This document shows positions 1 to 4,307 of a stretch of DNA of 4,307 bases, piece after piece; position 1 is the stretch's first letter, and each line of letters begins with the position of its first letter. The position numbers and the translations under genes were made by a program. Location of the stretch: positions 1 through 4,307 of the IMG/VR virus record IMGVR_UViG_2585427776_000007. One strand, 5' to 3'. This DNA comes from a virus (taxonomy: Duplodnaviria > Heunggongvirae > Uroviricota > Caudoviricetes). The notes below the pieces were generated by a model that was not told where the DNA came from, did not search any database, and saw only the letters and a program-made list of their open reading frames with translations.

Positions 1-447
1 ATACACAACGCCAGCACGTCCGCAGCGTTCGTCTGCAAAAGACTGAACCCACTCCACTGACGGATACAGTAACCTTATGGTTTTCAGTGCATAACTGATG
101 GCCCGTGATTCAGAGTTGCGGGGCATGTCGTCGTGTAGCCACATGCGGTTCAACTCCATATAGCCCCGGTTATCCGTTTCAAGCACGACACGACGACCAG
201 AGTTGGGGTTAAGGGCATATCCCCACTGGAGAACGCCAACCAGATCGCGTCCGCTGAATACTCCCAAGTGGAGGTAAGAGTTATTCACAAAACGGCGGGA
301 ATAGTGCTTTGTCTGAATAATTGTGCGGGCCAGCCAGCAGGATATGGTTTCAACGCGCAGCTCCTTTGAACCATAGCCAACAATCTGGCCTTCATACTCA
401 ATAACGCACGGTTTCGTCAGAATGCGTGATTTCTTCTCTTTTCCCAC
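1..447 (-). CDS. mom: DNA modification protein Mom, N-terminal part only (about 149 codons); the 3' end runs off the left edge of the window
   Basis: Minus-strand frame is open from position 1 up to 477 and translates to ...[55 protein letters not shown]...GVVY, recognised from memory as Mu Mom. It lies immediately downstream of com and overlaps it, as in Mu. Start is assigned to the GTG at 445-447 (minus), which is preceded by GGAG and sits in the hairpin described in findings; an in-frame ATG at 475-477 has no Shine-Dalgarno and is considered less likely. The ORF track omits it because it is edge-truncated. Confidence 0.8.
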
Positions 448-586
448 AATGTTTCTCCGTGGGATGCTCGCAGGCATTCAGCATTATGATATGACGTTTG
501 CAACGCGGACACCTGATTTCAATGTGATCAAAGGAATCCGCCTTAAATAACAGTTTGTTGCAGTTTTTACAGCGAATTGATTTCAT
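398..586 (-). CDS. com: Com, zinc-finger translational activator of mom (62 aa)
   Basis: The 62-aa [47 protein letters not shown]... matches Mu Com from memory, with the Cys4 motif CxxC...CxxC. A strong Shine-Dalgarno (AAGGAGGTGAG on the minus strand) lies directly upstream of the ATG at 586. Its 3' end overlaps the mom start. Confidence 0.9.
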
Positions 587-599
587 CTCACCTCCTTTG

Positions 600-700
600 C
601 ATCAATTCGCCACTATCTTAAAAAACATCGTGGGTTGAGTGTGGTTATTGGGGCATAATCGATCTGTATTGCCGATCGATTTGATTGATTCGATCGTCGT
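600..700 (-). promoter_or_regulatory. Pmom promoter and control region: candidate -10 TAAGAT (minus strand, 614-619), T6 run in the spacer (620-625), weak -35, dyad TTATGCCCCAATAA (645-658) as candidate C-activator site, and three GATC Dam sites at 661-664, 674-677 and 692-695
   Basis: All motifs are read directly from the sequence. The arrangement (activator-dependent promoter with a poor -35, a T-run spacer and an upstream cluster of three GATC sites) matches what is known for Mu mom regulation by C protein and Dam/OxyR. The exact transcription start is inferred (about 607), not observed. Confidence 0.6.
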
Positions 701-1262
701 TTTCTATATGCGTTCGTTTCGCGGGGTGTTTTTTATACAGAGTTGACAGAGCCACATCATAGATCAATGCAACCTGCTTGCGGGGGATTCCTTGTGCTAA
801 TAAACGCCCGGCCTGCTCCCATTCCGCTTTGGTTAGTTTAGGTGGTCGCCCACCAATACGGCCTTTATTTCTGGCGGCAGCAAGTCCAGCCATCGTTCGC
901 TCGATGATTAGTTCTCGTTCCATTTCAGCCAGGGCACCCATAACGTGGAAGAAAAAACGCCCCATTGGAGAAGATGTGTCTATGCTGTCGGTAAGACTGC
1001 GAAAATTAATCCCTCGCTCCCGTAGTTCCCCGACGAGGGAAATCAGATGTTTCATGCTTCGCCCGAGGCGATCCAGTTTCCAGACAACCAGTGTGTCACC
1101 TTTTTGAAGGCGCTTTAAAGCGCGTTTTAATCCAGGTCTGTCTGTCCTTGTTCCGCTTAATTTATCTTCAAATATTTGTTCACATCCTGCACAAACAAGA
1201 GCGTTTCGTTGCAGGTCTGTATTCTGGTCATTTGTTGATACCCTTACATAGCCAATCAGCAC
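645..1262 (-). CDS. gin: Gin-type serine DNA invertase (Gin/Hin/Cin/Pin family), 205 codons as read here with a GTG start
   Basis: N-terminus (M)LIGYVRVSTNDQNTDLQRNAL... carries the catalytic serine motif of small serine recombinases, and the C-terminal part has the helix-turn-helix region (GRPPKLTKAEWEQAGRLLAQGIPRKQVALIYDVALSTLYKK). A GGGAGA Shine-Dalgarno sits 6 nt upstream of the GTG at 1260-1262. Near-identical to Mu Gin as recalled. The canonical 193-aa protein would stop at 681-683; here that codon reads CAA (see findings). Confidence 0.95.
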   Translation of the reverse strand: MLIGYVRVSTNDQNTDLQRNALVCAGCEQIFEDKLSGTRTDRPGLKRALKRLQKGDTLVVWKLDRLGRSMKHLISLVGELRERGINFRSLTDSIDTSSPMGRFFFHVMGALAEMERELIIERTMAGLAAARNKGRIGGRPPKLTKAEWEQAGRLLAQGIPRKQVALIYDVALSTLYKKHPAKRTHIENDDRINQIDRQYRSIMPQ

Positions 1263-1316
1263 TCTGGATCTCCCGTTTAAAAGCGCAAATCATGCCATGC
1301 AGGCCGGAAACAGCCA

Positions 1317-1342
1317 TTATCTAAAACCTCGGTTTGCAGGAA
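1317..1342. other. gix recombination crossover site (26 bp: two 12-bp half-sites around a 2-bp core), gin-proximal boundary of the invertible G segment
   Basis: TTATCTAAAACC-TC-GGTTTGCAGGAA is read from the sequence and differs at about 2 positions from the Mu gix site as recalled (TTATCCAAAACCTCGGTTTACAGGAA). It lies 55 bp upstream of the gin start, and the Sv reading frame runs through it. Confidence 0.85.
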
Positions 1343-2356
1343 ACAGTAAACAAGGCTGGTAACGCCGTTCAGCGTTCCGGCGATAAAATGACCGGAGAAC
1401 TGAAAATTGGCATGATGAATGCGCTGCGAATTTTTAATGATGCCTTCGGTCTTATTTTCCGTCGTTCAGAAGAGTACCTTCATTTCATCCCTACGGCTGA
1501 AGGACAAGGCGAAAACGGTGATATCGGCCCATTAAGGCCATTCGCTATAAATCTGAGAACAGGTGCTATATCTGTCAGCCACGGGGCCAAAATTGATGGT
1601 GGGCTGGCGCTTGGTACAGATAACGCACTGGGCGGTAATTCCATTACTCTCGGAGATAACGACACTGGTATTAAACAGGGCGGCGACGGTGTCCTTTTAT
1701 TCTATTCAAATGGACAACTGGCATTTGGGCTTCAACCCGCATCTGCTGATTTTTATAAGCGGGTTGCATATATTCATCAGGGAATAATTCCTGATGGAAG
1801 TGGCGCATTTGCAGACCAGTTGAATAATGCCACCGCGCCTTTTGTTCAGACGCAGTTTGCCTGGAATCCCACTCCTGGTGGTCATTACGTGCCGATAGTT
1901 AAGGGCTTGTCCATTCGCAATGGACAGGGCTATCCCGGCGCGGTCAGCTTTGGGTATTTACTGACAGAACAGTATGGATTTCCGGTTCCATGTATTCATA
2001 TGCGTGGCGATGGCGGTAATGATGCTTTATGGCAGTTTAACCCGAACGATAAATCCTTTATTTCACCGGGTGCTCTTATTGCGGGTGGCGTCCGTTATAA
2101 CACCGATGGAAATATATTTGGTGGGTGCTGGGGTTCAAACTTAAATGATTACCTGAATAGTTCTTTTATCAGAAATGTGCGTCTGGGAGGCAGACGTTCT
2201 GACACATTATATCGCGGAGGACTTTGCGAACCAGGTAATGGTCATGTGACAACAGGATTGCAAATTATTGGTGAGGTTGATGGAGATGACTGGATGGTGT
2301 CACGACCACTACAAAAATACATTTCTGGTAACTGGTATAACGTTGAACAGGCATAG
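1334..2356 (+). CDS. S: Tail-fibre variable C-terminal cassette (Sv-like). It is a promoterless gene segment that needs fusion to the constant 5' part of the fibre gene across gix; in this orientation it is not fused
   Basis: 340-codon open frame beginning inside the gix site. The TTG 'start' in the ORF track is not a real initiation site, and the frame is closed by a TAA at 1322-1324 just upstream. The product is Gly/Asn-rich, typical of phage tail-fibre distal domains, and ends ...RPLQKYISGNWYNVEQA. It is followed 15 nt later by a tail-fibre assembly gene with AGGAG ahead of its ATG. Confidence 0.8.
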   Translation: MQETVNKAGNAVQRSGDKMTGELKIGMMNALRIFNDAFGLIFRRSEEYLHFIPTAEGQGENGDIGPLRPFAINLRTGAISVSHGAKIDGGLALGTDNALGGNSITLGDNDTGIKQGGDGVLLFYSNGQLAFGLQPASADFYKRVAYIHQGIIPDGSGAFADQLNNATAPFVQTQFAWNPTPGGHYVPIVKGLSIRNGQGYPGAVSFGYLLTEQYGFPVPCIHMRGDGGNDALWQFNPNDKSFISPGALIAGGVRYNTDGNIFGGCWGSNLNDYLNSSFIRNVRLGGRRSDTLYRGGLCEPGNGHVTTGLQIIGEVDGDDWMVSRPLQKYISGNWYNVEQA

Positions 2357-2371
2357 CCATCAGGAGAATAT

Positions 2372-2899
2372 ATGCAACATCTGAAAAATATTACCGCCGG
2401 AAACCCCAAAACCATTGAGCAGTATCAGCTTACGAAAAAAGCTGGCGTTATCTGGCTATATACAGAAGACGGTAAAAACTGGTATGACGAATTAAAAAAC
2501 TTTCAGGATGATACTTTAAAAATAGCTTATGACCAGAAGGGGATTATTCGTTGTATTGAGAAAGACGTATCAATGCTTAACCCTGACGGGTTAAGTGTTG
2601 TTGAGTTACCGAATATAACAGCCAACCGTCGCGCCGATATCTCGGGAAACTGGAAGTTTCTGGATGGTAAAGTAGTAAAGCGGGAATATACAAAACAGGA
2701 ACTGCAACAGCAGGCAGAGTTACAAAAAGCCGCTTTGCTTTCCGAAGCGGAGTCTGTGATTCAACCGCTGGAACGTGCTGTCAGACTGAATATGGCAACT
2801 GATGAGGAACGCACACGACTGGAATCATGGGAACGCTACAGCGTTATGGTCAGCCGTGTGGATACTGCAAAGCCTGAATGGCCACAGAAACCAGAATAA
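2372..2899 (+). CDS. U: Tail-fibre assembly protein (Tfa/U family), 175 aa
   Basis: [41 protein letters not shown]... has the conserved N-terminal region of Mu U / lambda Tfa-like chaperones. AGGAG lies at 2362-2366. Length 175 aa matches Mu U as recalled. Confidence 0.85.
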   Translation: MQHLKNITAGNPKTIEQYQLTKKAGVIWLYTEDGKNWYDELKNFQDDTLKIAYDQKGIIRCIEKDVSMLNPDGLSVVELPNITANRRADISGNWKFLDGKVVKREYTKQELQQQAELQKAALLSEAESVIQPLERAVRLNMATDEERTRLESWERYSVMVSRVDTAKPEWPQKPE

Positions 2900-2908
2900 C
2901 AACAAATT

Positions 2909-2926
2909 AAGGCCCGTACGGGCCTT
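2909..2926. terminator. Bidirectional intrinsic terminator hairpin between the convergent U and U' genes
   Basis: Perfect palindrome GGCCCGTACGGGCC (2911-2924) flanked by AA on one side and a T-run (TTTTCT) on the other, placed exactly between two convergent stop codons. Confidence 0.7.
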
Positions 2927-2929
2927 TTC

Positions 2930-3463
2930 TTATTCTGGTGGTTCCGGGAATGTTACAGGAAGAACCGAGGTATCAGTTGTCTCAACCTGTTGCACGTATC
3001 GCATCCAGTTCATCAGTTGCTGTCTGTCTGAATCAGTGATAATCCCCAAAGTAAGCTGTGTTTGCCAGAACTGCGTTTTTTCTCTGGCCTGCTGTAATAA
3101 TATTTTTTTCTGGTTTTCCGTCTGTAGGCGCAACTCTTCTTCGGTATATACACGTTTAATGACTGCGCCATCTTTAAACATCCATTTACCTGAGTCGTCA
3201 GCACGCCGGTTGGCGGTAATATCAGGAATCTCAACGACGCTATAACCTTCAGGGTTAAGTGTGGAGGCATCTTTGGTTATGGCAACAATAATATTATTTT
3301 CATCGTAAACAATCTTTATGGTGTCTGTCTGAAATTTTTTCACTTCCTCATACCAGTTTTTTCCGTCCTCAGAGTAAAGCCAGATAACTCCGTGTTTCTT
3401 TGTTAACTCATACTGTTCCAGTGTTTTAGCATTACCCGCTTTTATGTTCTTTAAGTGCATCAT
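2930..3463 (-). CDS. U': Tail-fibre assembly protein (Tfa/U' family), 177 aa, partner of the alternative fibre cassette
   Basis: [41 protein letters not shown]... is a paralogue of the 175-aa U with a diverged C-terminal third. Its start ATG lies 1 nt after the TAA of the upstream S'v cassette (TAA-T-ATG), suggesting translational coupling. Confidence 0.85.
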   Translation of the reverse strand: MMHLKNIKAGNAKTLEQYELTKKHGVIWLYSEDGKNWYEEVKKFQTDTIKIVYDENNIIVAITKDASTLNPEGYSVVEIPDITANRRADDSGKWMFKDGAVIKRVYTEEELRLQTENQKKILLQQAREKTQFWQTQLTLGIITDSDRQQLMNWMRYVQQVETTDTSVLPVTFPEPPE

Positions 3464-3464
3464 A

Positions 3465-3805
3465 TTAAACGCTCGCTACATTATACCAGGTGCCATTTAT
3501 ATACTTTTGAACGGGTCTGTAATAAACGCCCGCTATATTATCGGCAGAGTTAGACCCTGTATCCTGAACATTAATACCAGACAATACATGACCTGAAGGG
3601 CACTGGAAATTCCATGTTTGCCAGTTGTTCACTCCATAATATTGCCGTGAACCAAGTCGAACATCTTTCACATAACGGGAATCAAAGTTACCGTAATCCG
3701 AGGGGTTAACACGCCCTGTAATATTTATGGTTTTATTACTTTGAATGCTTCCGGAGACAAAGCGCATAACATGGACGTTATTAGCATAAACATCCAGATT
3801 ACCAT
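3465..3805 (-). pseudogene. S': Alternative tail-fibre variable cassette (S'v-like), truncated at its 5' side by the IS insertion; only the C-terminal ~113 codons remain
   Basis: The minus-strand frame is open from the TAA at 3465-3467 up through 3805 (...[42 protein letters not shown]...[17 protein letters not shown]) and continues into the IS terminal sequence before hitting a stop at 3831-3833. The ATG at 3765-3767 reported by the ORF track is internal. The C-terminal motif is shared with the plus-strand Sv cassette. Confidence 0.75.
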
Positions 3806-3859
3806 TGAACCGCCCCGGGAATCCTGGAGACTAAACTTCCTGAGAAAGAGGTAAACAGG

Positions 3860-4186
3860 ATGACTAAAAATACTCGTTTTTCCCCCGAAGTCCGTCAACG
3901 GGCAGTCCGTATGGTTCTGGAAAGTCAGAGCGAATATGACTCACAATGGGCGACAATTTGTTCCATTGCTCCAAAGATTGGCTGTACGCCGGAGACTCTG
4001 CGTGTCTGGGTTCGCCAGCATGAGCGGGATACCGGGGGCGGTGATGGAGGGCTCACCACCGCTGAACGTCAGCGTCTGAAAGAGCTGGAACGTGAAAATC
4101 GTGAACTGCGCCGCAGTAACGATATCCTTCGCCAGGCTTCCGCTTATTTTGCGAAGGCGGAGTTCGACCGCCTCTGGAAAAAATGA
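3860..4186 (+). CDS. IS3-family transposase OrfA (helix-turn-helix/leucine zipper), IS629-like
   Basis: The 108-aa [111 protein letters not shown] ends at an A6 run (4178-4183) followed by TGA, the usual position of the -1 frameshift site. Confidence 0.9.
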   Translation: MTKNTRFSPEVRQRAVRMVLESQSEYDSQWATICSIAPKIGCTPETLRVWVRQHERDTGGGDGGLTTAERQRLKELERENRELRRSNDILRQASAYFAKAEFDRLWKK

Positions 4187-4307
4187 TGCCACTGCTGGAT
4201 AAGCTGCGTGAGCAGTACGGGGTCGGACCGCTATGCAGCGAACTGCATATTGCCCCGTCAACGTATTACCACTGTCAGCAACAGCGACATCATCCGGATA
4301 AACGCAG
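4183..4307 (+). CDS. IS3-family transposase OrfB (catalytic part), 5' end only; -1 frame relative to orfA; continues beyond the window
   Basis: Open frame from ATG at 4183 to the window end ([41 protein letters not shown]...), overlapping the orfA stop in the -1 frame, as in IS3-family OrfAB arrangements. Confidence 0.8.
   Translation, partial: MMPLLDKLREQYGVGPLCSELHIAPSTYYHCQQQRHHPDKR

Larger units (their letters stand above)
3806..4307 (+). mobile_element. IS629-like insertion sequence (IS3 family), left end and first ~500 bp; continues beyond the window
   Basis: The element begins abruptly with TGAACCGCCCCGGGAATCCTGGAGACTAAACTTCC (IS3-family ends start with TG). It is followed by orfA, whose product is recognised from memory as IS629/IS1203 OrfA, and then an orfB start in the -1 frame after an A6 run. 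Confidence 0.85.

Noticed and set aside
475-477. ATG as the mom start codon (longest ORF)
   Set aside because: It has no Shine-Dalgarno and lies in the presumed Com-binding region. The downstream GTG at 445-447 has GGAG at appropriate spacing and sits in the hairpin expected from known mom translational control.
778-1324. Plus-strand ORFs of 109 aa (778-1107) and 77 aa (1091-1324) overlapping gin on the opposite strand
   Set aside because: They lie entirely antisense to a well-supported invertase gene, have no ribosome-binding site, and give low-complexity Arg/Ser/Pro-rich products typical of antisense frames. Treated as spurious.
1334-1336. TTG start codon for the 340-aa tail-fibre ORF given by the ORF track
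   Set aside because: The cassette is a C-terminal gene segment whose frame runs through gix and is meant to be fused to an upstream constant region by inversion, so it is not an independent start.
1480-1787. ORFs of 61 aa (minus) and 74 aa (plus) inside the Sv tail-fibre cassette
   Set aside because: They are embedded in or antisense to the long fibre frame and have no recognisable features. Treated as frame artefacts.
2802-3270. ORFs of 147 aa (plus, 2802-3245) and 85 aa (minus, 3013-3270) overlapping U and U'
   Set aside because: The plus ORF runs antisense through U' and across the terminator hairpin, and the minus ORF is an alternative frame of U'. Both are better explained by the U/U' genes.
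1317-3805. Diversity-generating retroelement as the source of tail-fibre variation
   Set aside because: No reverse transcriptase and no template/variable repeat pair are present. Variation here is by site-specific inversion (gin plus gix).
3941-4261. 106-aa minus-strand ORF antisense to IS orfA/orfB
   Set aside because: Antisense frame within a transposase gene, with no support from IS3-family organisation.
1-4307. A novel or undescribed defence or other system in this window
   Set aside because: Every substantial ORF is accounted for by Mu-family genes (mom, com, gin, S/U cassettes) or the IS element, and no unexplained coding capacity remains. The com/mom module is itself a known anti-restriction DNA modification system.
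1-4307. CRISPR arrays, tRNA or rRNA genes
   Set aside because: No regularly spaced direct repeats and no tRNA-like or rRNA-like sequence seen on inspection.

Overview
This window is the right-end accessory region of a Mu-like (Mu/D108-family) prophage, read in reverse orientation, interrupted by an IS629-like IS3-family element. Left to right: mom (N-terminal part, minus strand, runs off the left edge), com (minus), the Pmom control region with a Dam GATC triad, the serine invertase gin (minus), a gix crossover site, then the invertible G segment carrying two alternative tail-fibre cassettes: Sv plus U on the plus strand, and U' plus S'v on the minus strand. S'v is cut short at 3805/3806 by the inverted-repeat end of the IS element, whose orfA and the start of orfB fill the rest of the window. 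The proteins match the textbook Mu G-segment/gin/com/mom system from memory, so I see no evidence for an undescribed system here. The points worth a second look are the IS insertion inside the invertible segment, a possible 12-codon extension of Gin, and the clearly readable com/mom translational control hairpin. All calls rest on reading the sequence and on recall of the protein families; no database search was run.
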